From Cyanobacteria bacterium J06554_1 (GTDB taxonomy: Bacteria > Cyanobacteriota > Cyanobacteriia > Phormidesmidales > Phormidesmidaceae), in the NCBI GenBank assembly GCA_038534515.1, contig JBCAWO010000033.1, forward strand, positions 8,613 through 56,612: a stretch of 48,000 nt of DNA. The letters run 5' to 3'. The position numbers were made by a program, and so were the translations under genes. A model generated the notes under the pieces. That model was not told the DNA's origin and did not search any database. It saw nothing but the letters and a program-made list of their open reading frames with translations. Of this stretch, positions 1 to 8,389 are shown piece after piece; positions within the stretch are counted from its first letter, which is position 1, and the number at the start of each line of letters is the position of its first letter.

Positions 1-351
1 CAAGACGATTAAGCCAGAGCAACTGAGGAGAAAAGGATTGAGCCATGACTCAGCACATCCGCTAACGCCCCCATGTTGGACCATTGCCATCCATCTATGA
101 CTATCTTATTAGCCTTAATTCTCAGTAATTTTACAGATACAGCAGAATTATCCCATATAAGCTTATTGACATCAATAGCTAATAAAATAATGGGCTACCT
201 GGGAGGAACTGAATAACGTCATAGCGTTAGCCCTTTATATATAAGGAGATCCGGCAAATATTAGCGGTGAATTCCTATTGAAGCTGCCAATGGTTTTGAC
301 TAATCCATAGGTGCCAAATAAAACAGTTGATAGTTTATTTCAATTAGCCCC

Positions 352-386
352 ATAGAAAATCCGATGGAATAGTCTTACTCCATCGG
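352..386 (-). terminator. putative intrinsic terminator after the histidine-phosphatase lipoprotein gene
   Basis: An 8-bp stem (ccgatgga at 361-368, tccatcgg at 379-386) with a 10-nt loop. On the minus strand it is followed by ATTTTCT. It lies about 35 nt downstream of the stop at 421. Confidence 0.4.
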
Positions 387-420
387 ATCGGGTGTGTGCG
401 TTACGGAAATCTATGGCAAG

Positions 421-1191
421 TTACAAACCTGCCCATTCTTCAGGCAGCATGTTGGCGACAAGTGCAAAATTACCGGCACCGTCAGGGGTGAGCACATAGG
501 CTAACCCCTGGGGAGCCGGATAGATGCCAGTTGCGGCCTCAAAAATATCGTCATGGCCAACAATGACGGTATTTTGGCCACTTTCAGGCACAGCCGTTAG
601 CAGCGGTGTCACATTGGCTTTCATTTCCTCCACCTGGGCATCGGTGTAGTCCTCAAAGGGAAGGAAATTTAGCTTGGAGTTCTTCTCATGGCGGCCAAAC
701 GCCAGGTCTGCCGTTTGCCAAGCGCGGCAATAGTCGCTGGTAATCACATTACCCACGGGAATGGCTTTGTCCGTAAAGGCTGCGCCAATATCCTTTGACT
801 GCTGTATTCCCACATCGTTGAGCTTACGCTGGGTTTCACAATCATTCAGATCCATATTGGGATCGGCTTGGTCAGCATAGTCACGTTCGGTTTGCGCATG
901 GCGGAAGTAGATAACGTGCCCCCCTTCCTGCAGCGCACCCAGTAAGTCGGCACCGCTGACTTGATCCTGAAAATCAGCATTGGCCTGCTCACCTTCACTG
1001 TATTCGGTGCCCTCGCCACCTTCGCCACCTTCGCCGCCTTCGCCGCCTTCACCTCCTTCAGAAACCACCGCCGGTGCCTCAGCCGCGGTGTCGGGGGTCG
1101 CTTCTTCAGTAACCGTGGCTCCGCCGCAGCCAACAACGGTCGTCGCCATACCCAGCGCCAGAAATAACTCAACAGTTTTTAGCGTTCTCAT
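421..1191 (-). CDS. histidine phosphatase (PGM-like) family lipoprotein with a (GGE)n linker
   Basis: The ORF opens at GTG 1194, with an ATG at 1191. It has a lipoprotein-type signal (LALGMATTVVGC) and an acidic EGGEGGEGG linker. FRHAQTERD matches the RHG phosphohistidine motif, and a second His motif (VGHDD) sits near the C-terminus. Confidence 0.7.
   Translation of the reverse strand: MRTLKTVELFLALGMATTVVGCGGATVTEEATPDTAAEAPAVVSEGGEGGEGGEGGEGGEGTEYSEGEQANADFQDQVSGADLLGALQEGGHVIYFRHAQTERDYADQADPNMDLNDCETQRKLNDVGIQQSKDIGAAFTDKAIPVGNVITSDYCRAWQTADLAFGRHEKNSKLNFLPFEDYTDAQVEEMKANVTPLLTAVPESGQNTVIVGHDDIFEAATGIYPAPQGLAYVLTPDGAGNFALVANMLPEEWAGL
1012..1056. repeat. five tandem 9-bp units (ttcgccRcc) encoding the GGE linker
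   Basis: Read directly from the sequence: ctcgccacc ttcgccacc ttcgccgcc ttcgccgcc ttcacctcc, all inside the 421..1191 CDS. Confidence 0.8.
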
Positions 1192-1392
1192 CACAAATTT
1201 TTATTCCGTAAAATTGGCTACGTATAATTTAATGACACTATTGACATTTAATGTCAACTAATTGGATCGTTAAACATCTACATTCGGTACAACCTCAAGC
1301 AGGGGAAGCGTTGGCAATTTGGAAAGAAAGCCTGTGCTGACAGATGCCAGCACAGGTACTAACGCGTTACGGACCCCTGGCGTGATGATCCT

Positions 1393-1968
1393 CTAGGCGA
1401 TCATCAATTCTTTTTGAAAGGTTTTGAGCGCTTGGTTACTGACAAAACGTTCTCGTCCAGACCAGCGCATTAACCCATCGGCTTCTAGCTGTTTAATAAA
1501 CCGGGTAATGGTCACCCGCGAAGTGCCAATGGTCTCGGCTATTTCCTGATGGGTCAGCCTGACGGTAATTAGTCGACCGTGACTGGTGGGCTGGCCAAAA
1601 TTCTCCGCTAACCAACAGCTAAACTGCAACAGTCGCTCCTGTACCTGTCGACAGTGCATAATTTGCAACAACCGATTGACCTGGGCTGTGTGTTTAAGCA
1701 ACATATCAACCGTGAGGGCATAGTCCAGCGGCAGTCGGTCTAGCTCAACCGTGCTCAGACATTGAAGCTCACAGGGTTCTACTTGACTAATGGGGACGCC
1801 AATAATGCTGCCAGGGCTCCATAACCCCAAAGGGACTACGTCTCCGTCTTGATTCCAAGTGATGGTGCGCACCAAACCAGAGCGTACCTGCCAAAGGGTA
1901 CAGGTATCGACAGAGATGCGATCGCGACGCTTAAAACGATAAAAGGGTTGTAACAACGGTGAAGACAT
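1393..1968 (-). CDS. Crp/Fnr-family transcriptional regulator
   Basis: The 191-aa product has an N-terminal beta-roll-like region. Its C-terminal HTH (LTHQEIAETIGTSRVTITRFIKQLEADGLM) is typical of Crp/Fnr regulators. Confidence 0.8.
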   Translation of the reverse strand: MSSPLLQPFYRFKRRDRISVDTCTLWQVRSGLVRTITWNQDGDVVPLGLWSPGSIIGVPISQVEPCELQCLSTVELDRLPLDYALTVDMLLKHTAQVNRLLQIMHCRQVQERLLQFSCWLAENFGQPTSHGRLITVRLTHQEIAETIGTSRVTITRFIKQLEADGLMRWSGRERFVSNQALKTFQKELMIA

Positions 1969-2013
1969 AATGTATGTAATGGGATGTTTACAACACTGGA
2001 GATAGTCAGGTAG

Positions 2014-2772
2014 CTAATGGTTGAGCACAGCGGAGAGATCTGCTGTTTTCTCTAACCGGTCTATCTGTTGCCAATAATTTAGGATGGCAGTTTCCACCAG
2101 ACGCGGCTGGTCAAAGTGAAAGAAATGATGGCCTTGGGGACAGGTCCAAATACGATCGCTGGGTTTGAGCAACGGTTGCCAGCGCTTGGCGCTATTTACA
2201 ACCGCATCATGGGCCCCCTGACACACCATCAACGGTGGTTGAATTTGGGCTGGCTCAACCTCTTGGCAGTTGACTAATGAATGCAGGGCCAGTCCTGAGT
2301 CCAAATCTTGGGCCAGCATCTGGACCAGTACGCGGGTAATATCGCAGCTGCGGGGGCCAAATAACATCCGCGCCATTTGTGCCAGGATAATCTCACGACT
2401 GCAAGGTAAAAGCTGGCGTAGCGCATAGTAATGGGCGTGCCAATTAACGGCCGGATTTGCCCCCACCGACAACAGCGTTAACGATCTCACATGCTCTGGA
2501 TAGCGCTGGGCATATAGCCAACCCACGATACCACTCAGACCATGGCCAATCAGATCTATCGATTTATTTGTCTCAGTAAGATTTTTGTATAAGTACTCAT
2601 GTAACAAATCAATCACTATCTGCAAACAACAGGGTTCGTCAACTGTTTGAATGTATTCCCAACGCGCAATGGAAACTCGTTTTGATAGACGACATAATAA
2701 TCGCTGATCAAATCTCTTTAAATTAGGACTAACGGTTAACCATAGGGCAGACGGAAGATAAGACATAGACAT
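2014..2772 (-). CDS. alpha/beta-fold hydrolase family protein with an atypical nucleophile elbow
   Basis: Length and layout fit the alpha/beta fold. The C-terminal GHHFFHFDQP resembles the catalytic-His region. The elbow reads IGHGLSG rather than GHSxG. Confidence 0.6.
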   Translation of the reverse strand: MSMSYLPSALWLTVSPNLKRFDQRLLCRLSKRVSIARWEYIQTVDEPCCLQIVIDLLHEYLYKNLTETNKSIDLIGHGLSGIVGWLYAQRYPEHVRSLTLLSVGANPAVNWHAHYYALRQLLPCSREIILAQMARMLFGPRSCDITRVLVQMLAQDLDSGLALHSLVNCQEVEPAQIQPPLMVCQGAHDAVVNSAKRWQPLLKPSDRIWTCPQGHHFFHFDQPRLVETAILNYWQQIDRLEKTADLSAVLNH

Positions 2773-3045
2773 GAATGATTAAAACGACAATCTGAGTAAT
2801 GGTTATCGATAGTTGCCTAAACAACCCAGGTGAAACGTTAAGCCGTTGCTGCTCCTCAAGATGACGTTATCTACAGGATGCTGGCATATGGCATTGCTAG
2901 CGGGTTGGCACATTCTTTAAATCAACAACGGCTGGTTACCGCTGCCCCCTTCAGATTATTTTCTTATTGACTATTAGTATCAATAAGCTTCGAAGCTAGT
3001 ATAGGCTACTTTTAGTCAAATAGAAATAACTCTCGATAAACAGAT

Positions 3046-3085
3046 AATAAAAAAGCTGAAGTATCGTTATCAAAACGGCTTCAGC
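3046..3085 (-). terminator. putative intrinsic terminator downstream of fur
   Basis: A 7-bp stem (gctgaag at 3055-3061, cttcagc at 3079-3085). On the minus strand it is followed by TTTTTTATT (plus-strand aataaaaaa at 3046-3054). It lies about 150 nt downstream of the fur stop. Confidence 0.4.
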
Positions 3086-3235
3086 CAATTAATTTGAACG
3101 TCGGTATTAAATTGTTAAGACTGATCCTCATCTGTGGCGTTGCACCCATAGGCCACGCAATAAATAAGCGCTGAAAGCTATAGATAGCAAAAGCTACGGG
3201 CGGCATAACCGACTGGAGGTCTTGAGGGTCACCGG

Positions 3236-3697
3236 CTATTTGTCCGATGAATTTCCCCGTGATCGGCAGCTGGGGCATACGCCATAGAGCATCAGCTGAC
3301 AGTCCAGGACATGATAGCCAGAGCTGTCAGCCTGACCCTGACCAATGCGATCGATATGATTTTCCTGAAACTCTATGGTTTGTCCGCACTGTACGCACAC
3401 CAGGTGGTGGTGGTGATCCCGTAGGGGCCGGTTGAGTTCGTAATGCTTGTGTCCTTCAGCCAATTCTAGTTCCCTCAGTAAACCCATATACACCAATAAA
3501 TGCAGCGTTCGATAAACCGTCGACAGACTGATGCGCTCTCCGTCGCCCTTGAGGAGGTCGTGGAGATCCTCTGCACTCAGGTGATTTCCCTGGGTCAGGG
3601 TCTGAAAAATGCTCAGGATCTTTTGACGCTGAGGTGTTGAGCGATAGCCTCGGGCATTTAGTTCGGTTTTCCAAGCGTCATCGGAATAGAAAGACAT
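3236..3697 (-). CDS. fur: ferric uptake regulator (Fur family, FurA-like)
   Basis: The 153-aa product carries TPQRQKILSIF, NHLSAEDL, ISLSTVYRTL, LAEGHKHYEL, the HHHHLVCVQCG motif and a CPSC pair. As far as I can recall, it is almost collinear with Anabaena FurA. Confidence 0.9.
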   Translation of the reverse strand: MSFYSDDAWKTELNARGYRSTPQRQKILSIFQTLTQGNHLSAEDLHDLLKGDGERISLSTVYRTLHLLVYMGLLRELELAEGHKHYELNRPLRDHHHHLVCVQCGQTIEFQENHIDRIGQGQADSSGYHVLDCQLMLYGVCPSCRSRGNSSDK

Positions 3698-4100
3698 GCG
3701 ATCGCTCCAACGCTGACGTATCAGTCCGCATAAATGGCACTGACACTCATTCTTATTTAGAAGCTTTAGTTAGGTCAAGCATTTATTCTGGTGAGTTAAT
3801 ATTTAATCGCTAAATTCCTCTGAATCAAGGGGTTTACTCTATTAACCAGTGTTTCTTAGGGAGTTGTCTATGCTGCAATAATGGCCAATTGAGGGCTAGC
3901 AGTTAGCTATAGTTACCAATAATCATAGCAAGGTCCTTACAAAACCACTGCTGGTACAAATAGTATAAATTTTCAATAGTATTGGTGAAAACCATAGGCT
4001 CTACAAACTACAGCGTTACGTCCATGGCTCATATCAACGGTAGTGAGTCTTAGAAACTGGGTATAGAAAGAACAGCATTTACTCTAAACAGGACACCCCT

Positions 4101-4442
4101 ATGTCTCAATTAGCGCCCATTACCCTAGACGACGGTACGACTATCTACATCGAAGCAGCCGAACGTAGCGATGTGCCCAGCCCTCAGCCCGAATCTGGGC
4201 GGGTTTCTAAGGGGGTGCTTTCCTCGGGGCTGCAAAGACAGCTGCCCACGGTGAAAAACACCATCACCCAGTACACGCGCTATGTCCTCAATGCATTTAA
4301 GGAGCTGGGCAGTGGCAATGTGGACAAAGTTAACCTGGTATTTGGTCTGAAAATAGCTGGTTCATCCGGTGTGCCCTACATTACGGAAGGCAGCGCTGAA
4401 GCCAACCTGCAAATCACGGTTGAGTGCTCATTCAAGGGGTAA
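4101..4442 (+). CDS. Trypco2-like (CU044_2847 family) small protein
   Basis: The 113-aa product opens with ITLDDGTTIYIEA. Its C-terminal LVFGLKIAGSSGVPYITEGSAEANLQITVECSF matches my recollection of the trypsin-co-occurring domain 2 pattern. Confidence 0.5.
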   Translation: MSQLAPITLDDGTTIYIEAAERSDVPSPQPESGRVSKGVLSSGLQRQLPTVKNTITQYTRYVLNAFKELGSGNVDKVNLVFGLKIAGSSGVPYITEGSAEANLQITVECSFKG

Positions 4443-5106
4443 CGGGAACCACTTTGGCTCGTTGGAGCAAGTTCTCTCCGTGGCGATAACCCACATGGCT
4501 GATGCGTACTGAATCGCCAGGGTTAGCCATCCCCCTGGCGAGCTGGTGGTGGTGCGGATCGTAAGCAAGCTGCTGACCAACTATGCCAATGGCCGTCACT
4601 CCCCAGCTCTCCACCAGTCGCTCCACTGGTTTTACCAAGGGCAATAATTTCTTGGCATCAAAGCCGTCACGGTCTGTGGCGGCTTTTGCTGCAGTTGGCC
4701 AGTAGGTAAGCCAAGACTCAAGGGTGCGCAGGGCCTCTAATTGAAACTGGTGTTGTAACTCCTGAGCCTGTTGTTCCAGCCGTTTCTGGAGACGTTTGTA
4801 TTCCTGACGCAGGAGATTTGCTTCATTGCTACTTGCAGGCAGCGCGTTAGCAGCTGAGGGTAACGGGTTGCTGGTAAATGCCTGTAATAGTTCCAGGAGT
4901 GAACAGTCGAGGGCAGCTGCTAACTGTTTGAGTACAGAGACTCGCATATTATCTAGATTACCCTGACGTAATTGCTGCACCTGCCAGCGGGAGACATTTG
5001 CTTTGGTGGCCAGTGCCCGCTGACTTGAAACCTGAGCCCGCTGCATCAGCACCTGAAGGGTTTGGGCGTTGGGGGAGAGCGTTTCTTTAGGAGGTGGTGT
5101 GGACAT
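4432..5106 (-). CDS. XRE-type HTH protein with a coiled coil and a GrpE-like C-terminal domain
   Basis: The N-terminus (SQRALATKANVSRWQVQQLRQGNLDNMRVSVLKQLAAALDCSLLELL) is a Cro/C1-type HTH. A central heptad-like region (LRQEYKRLQKRLEQQAQELQ) follows. The C-terminus (GVTAIGIVGQQLAYDPHHHQLARG...VRISHVGYRHGENLLQRAKV) resembles the GrpE beta-domain. Confidence 0.55.
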   Translation of the reverse strand: MSTPPPKETLSPNAQTLQVLMQRAQVSSQRALATKANVSRWQVQQLRQGNLDNMRVSVLKQLAAALDCSLLELLQAFTSNPLPSAANALPASSNEANLLRQEYKRLQKRLEQQAQELQHQFQLEALRTLESWLTYWPTAAKAATDRDGFDAKKLLPLVKPVERLVESWGVTAIGIVGQQLAYDPHHHQLARGMANPGDSVRISHVGYRHGENLLQRAKVVPVTP

Positions 5107-5560
5107 TTACAAGATGTACGGGAGAGTTAGAAAAGAACGGAAGAGATGGATCTTAGCCCCTTGATAGCTAGCGTTGCAACTTTAATTTTACGGTGTTGCT
5201 GATCCCCGGTATGAATTTATCTGGTATGCATCGGCATATTGCATATCTCACAGATCGGTTCATACCCTAAATCAGCAACGGCAATTTTACTGCTCGACAG
5301 GGTGAAAGGACGTTGTGCTAATTTCTAGCTTTAGCTGTGGGCGTCCAGCAAAGAGCTTTGAGTCGATGCACACGGGTATGGCTGTATAGGTCGTCTTAGT
5401 CAGGCAGGATATCTCATTGGAGGTGCTACTCCTCGAGATAATTTTTATCCGTGAGGTACGAGCACATAGCGTTTATTTCAGATCGATTCATCCTTTAATA
5501 AATTAGGAACGGCTTTCACGAGAGCTTTAAATTATCTTTTTAACGAATAACAATAATTCT

Positions 5561-6511
5561 ATGCTGCGGCTGATATCTAACATCACACTAATGCTGAGCA
5601 CATTGCTCCTGTTGCTCTATCATAGCCCCTACCCAAAATATCGTTGGGCTTTTGCTATGATGCTTGAACTGTTACCCTATCTCAGCAGCATAGCGCTGCT
5701 AGGATTTTTATTTGTTTTATTACTACCGGTTCTACAAAAACAACGTATACGAGTAGTACTTGCCACGTTGCTGCTGGTGCTATGCTGGGCACCCATCCTG
5801 AATTGGGTCGGGCTACCAAATCTGGGCACACCTCCAGCGGGCATCCGGGTCATGACCTACAATCTTTGGATCGATAACCCGAAGATTGATGCCATTGAGC
5901 AATCAATTCGACATGAGAATCCAGATATCCTGTTTCTGTCTGAAATTAGTCAGGCAACAATGGACGAGTTGACGCTGCGGCTTGATTATTCTCACAATTA
6001 CCGCACCACCGGCGGCAACAACGCTCTGTTTAGCCGATACCCTATTCTAGAAGCAACAACGGATGATTTTGGTGTTAAAACCACAGGCAGAACATTTAAT
6101 CTAGTCGCTAAGCTCCAGGTCGAGAACGAAATAGTGACATTGATTGGTGTTCATCCGCCGGTCCCGATTTTGCGGAAATTTTTCCATATCCGCAATCACC
6201 AGCTCGATACCTTGATCAATGCCAGTCGTGAGCTAGATGGCAAATTAATTGTTCTCGGAGACTTTAATGCTACTCCCTGGTCTCCCTATTTTCAGCGATT
6301 TGAGCGGCAGAGTCAGTTACAAAATGCCGGTCGTGGCCATTGGATTTGGGCTACCTGGTACTTTAATCAAACGCTCAAGACCCGGTACATTAAAATCCCC
6401 ATCGATCACATCATGACCCGAGGGTTTAAACCTTTAAAGACCTGGACCGGCATGACGGGAGGATCCGACCATAAACCGTTGATAACAGTTCTCGCTCCGC
6501 GGCCAGTGTGA
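5561..6511 (+). CDS. membrane-anchored endonuclease/exonuclease/phosphatase (EEP) family protein
   Basis: There are three N-terminal hydrophobic segments. The EEP motifs follow: MTYNLW, FLSEIS, GDFNATPWS, IDHIMTRG and SDHKPL. Confidence 0.8.
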   Translation: MLRLISNITLMLSTLLLLLYHSPYPKYRWAFAMMLELLPYLSSIALLGFLFVLLLPVLQKQRIRVVLATLLLVLCWAPILNWVGLPNLGTPPAGIRVMTYNLWIDNPKIDAIEQSIRHENPDILFLSEISQATMDELTLRLDYSHNYRTTGGNNALFSRYPILEATTDDFGVKTTGRTFNLVAKLQVENEIVTLIGVHPPVPILRKFFHIRNHQLDTLINASRELDGKLIVLGDFNATPWSPYFQRFERQSQLQNAGRGHWIWATWYFNQTLKTRYIKIPIDHIMTRGFKPLKTWTGMTGGSDHKPLITVLAPRPV

Positions 6512-6534
6512 CGTGAGACGCCATTGCCGTAAGC

Positions 6535-6933
6535 CTAACCAAGGTCGCCGTAGCTTCCCGCAACTACTACTACATAGCCGTCAGGGTCGTGCATCCAAAT
6601 TTCACGATGTTGTGCATTTTCATTGATCATTGGCCCCTCAAGAATCGTGGCCTTGCTGCTATGGATTCTTGCCAATGCACCATCGAAATCGTCTGTCTGA
6701 AACCAAATCGCCACCCCATTCCCAACAGAATTATGTGATGACTCACCCAAGTACGGGTGCTCCTGTTCGTCCCAGAGATGCAACTGCATAACCATTTTTT
6801 CAGCGCAGACAAGCTGCTCATACTCTGTGCCGCCATGGCCACTTTCAAGCCCTAATGTTGCTTGATACCATTGACTGCTTTTCTCAACATCGCGTACTGA
6901 AATTAAAGGCTGAGGATTCACTTTTTTCTCCAT
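6535..6933 (-). CDS. VOC (glyoxalase/bleomycin-resistance/dioxygenase) family protein
   Basis: The 132-aa product begins ISVRDVEKSSQWYQATLGLE, a typical first beta-alpha-beta-beta-beta module. The C-terminal half contains HREIWMHDPDGYVVVV. Confidence 0.7.
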   Translation of the reverse strand: MEKKVNPQPLISVRDVEKSSQWYQATLGLESGHGGTEYEQLVCAEKMVMQLHLWDEQEHPYLGESSHNSVGNGVAIWFQTDDFDGALARIHSSKATILEGPMINENAQHREIWMHDPDGYVVVVAGSYGDLG

Positions 6934-7078
6934 TCACTGACAGTGATTCTGACGTTCAACGGCATTTATCTCTTGATTGCTAGTCAGCAAACGCTGGCTC
7001 AATCCTGACCTATGGTGTCAGCACCGTTCAACTCATGGACGACATCAGTAGTACAGCGTTTACTTCCTCCTAGTCAAA

Positions 7079-8035
7079 TCACATATCCCAGAGGTTCGCC
7101 AGGGTATAGGGCCCACCCTCCACCTGCCAAAATGCACCCGTCACATAGCGACGATTTAAATTCAGCTCAGCAATCGCTTGCATATCCTCCTGGGTAAGTG
7201 CAACCTCCGCTGCAGCCAGGTTTTGCTTGATCCGGGCTGGGTTGACTGACTTGGGAATCACCGCAGTCTCTCGGTGAATGGCCCAGCTAATCAGGATTTG
7301 AGCCGGTGTTGCCCCGTGGCGTTCGGCAATTGCAGCGATGGTGGGTTCTTCAAGTAAAACCGGCTCGTCCTCTGTTTTTAAGCTGGCGGGACGATCAGAT
7401 GAACCCAAGGGAGAATAGGCCGTCAGGTGCACCTGGCTCTCCCGACAAAAATCCACCATGGCCGGTTGCTGCAGATAGGGGTGGAGTTCAATTTGGTTCA
7501 TTTCTGGCTTTAGGCGGGCCGTGTCCAACAGAGCCTGAAGTTTAGCCATACTAAAATTAGACACGCCAATGTGGCGGCATCGTCCTTCATCCACCAAGAT
7601 CTCCATTTCATACCAGGTGATTAGGATGGGCAGAGACTCAAGTGAGACTAACTTTTTGGGCGTTAGGGGAAAGGTTGCGCCCTTTTTTAGGGCCACTGGC
7701 CAGTGGATAAGATACAGATCGAGATAATCTAGCTGTAGATTTGACAGGGTTACATTCAAAGCGGGGCGAACATCGTCGGGGGCATGGGAATCATTCCATA
7801 GCTTTGACGTGATCCACATCTGTTCGCGAGTGACAATGCCCTCTTTAAAGGATTCAGATAGGGCCTGGCCGATCTCTGCCTCATTGCCATAGATATGGGC
7901 ACAGTCGATGTGGCGGTAGCCGACCTTGATAGCTTCCTTAACGGCTTTATAAACGTCTCCAGGCTGGGACTTCCATGTACCTAATCCTAAAATTGGCATC
8001 TGATCGCCATTCTTAAATTGAAGTGTTCTTACCAT
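7079..8035 (-). CDS. aldo/keto reductase (AKR1-like)
   Basis: Motifs present are LGLGTWKS, GYRHIDCAHIYGNE, LDYLDLYLIHWP and IPKS. The tracked ORF starts at TTG 8050. The ATG at 8035 (MVRTLQF...) gives a canonical AKR N-terminus. Confidence 0.9.
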   Translation of the reverse strand: MVRTLQFKNGDQMPILGLGTWKSQPGDVYKAVKEAIKVGYRHIDCAHIYGNEAEIGQALSESFKEGIVTREQMWITSKLWNDSHAPDDVRPALNVTLSNLQLDYLDLYLIHWPVALKKGATFPLTPKKLVSLESLPILITWYEMEILVDEGRCRHIGVSNFSMAKLQALLDTARLKPEMNQIELHPYLQQPAMVDFCRESQVHLTAYSPLGSSDRPASLKTEDEPVLLEEPTIAAIAERHGATPAQILISWAIHRETAVIPKSVNPARIKQNLAAAEVALTQEDMQAIAELNLNRRYVTGAFWQVEGGPYTLANLWDM

Positions 8036-8115
8036 GTCTGTTCGCTCCAAAGAATTAGGCTTGTCCTGTCTGTTTATCAGGGTAGCAAGTATAGCAATTG
8101 GCTTTTATTGACCCC

Positions 8116-8145
8116 CTAGACTCTCTAGTCGACTAGAGGGTTTAG
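8116..8145. promoter_or_regulatory. palindromic operator candidate upstream of the copper operon
   Basis: A perfect 16-bp palindrome (ctctagtcgactagag) spans 8123-8138. It extends to an imperfect 30-bp dyad, 8116-8145. It lies in the divergent region between the AKR gene and the HMA chaperone gene. Confidence 0.4.
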
Positions 8146-8185
8146 TCTGGGACTATGGCAGCAATAGTTTATTGAGGGTAAGCCA

Positions 8186-8383
8186 ATGACGCTCCAGCTA
8201 ACGGTTCCGAATATGGCCTGTGATGTCTGTGCCAAGAACATTACCAATGCGGTGAAAGCCTTAGATGCTAATGCGACGGTTACGGCTGACCCGAAGACAA
8301 AGCAGGTAGACATTGAAACGGAATCTGCCGAAACGGCGATACGAGAAGCATTGGAAGAGGCGGGTTATCCGCCAGCCGCCTAG
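8186..8383 (+). CDS. heavy-metal-associated (HMA) domain metallochaperone, CopZ-like
   Basis: The 65-aa product carries the MACDVCA metal-binding loop (MxCxxC) in a ferredoxin-like length. It sits directly upstream of a Cu-type P1B ATPase. Confidence 0.8.
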   Translation: MTLQLTVPNMACDVCAKNITNAVKALDANATVTADPKTKQVDIETESAETAIREALEEAGYPPAA

Positions 8384-8389
8384 GAGGCC

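Noticed and set aside
3081-3435. ORFs 3081..3278 (-) and 3247..3435 (+) around the fur 3' end.
   Set aside because: They are short and overlap fur or its terminator region. They have no motifs and poor start context.
3698-3840. A Fur box or autoregulatory iron box upstream of fur.
   Set aside because: The region is AT-rich, but I could not identify a convincing 19-bp dyad resembling GATAATGATAATCATTATC by eye. The claim would be unsupported.
8108-8146. A classical MerR/CueR-type promoter formed by TTGACC ... TTTAGT.
   Set aside because: The hexamers are 27 bp apart, whereas MerR-family promoters have 19-20 bp spacers. I kept only the palindrome as an operator candidate.
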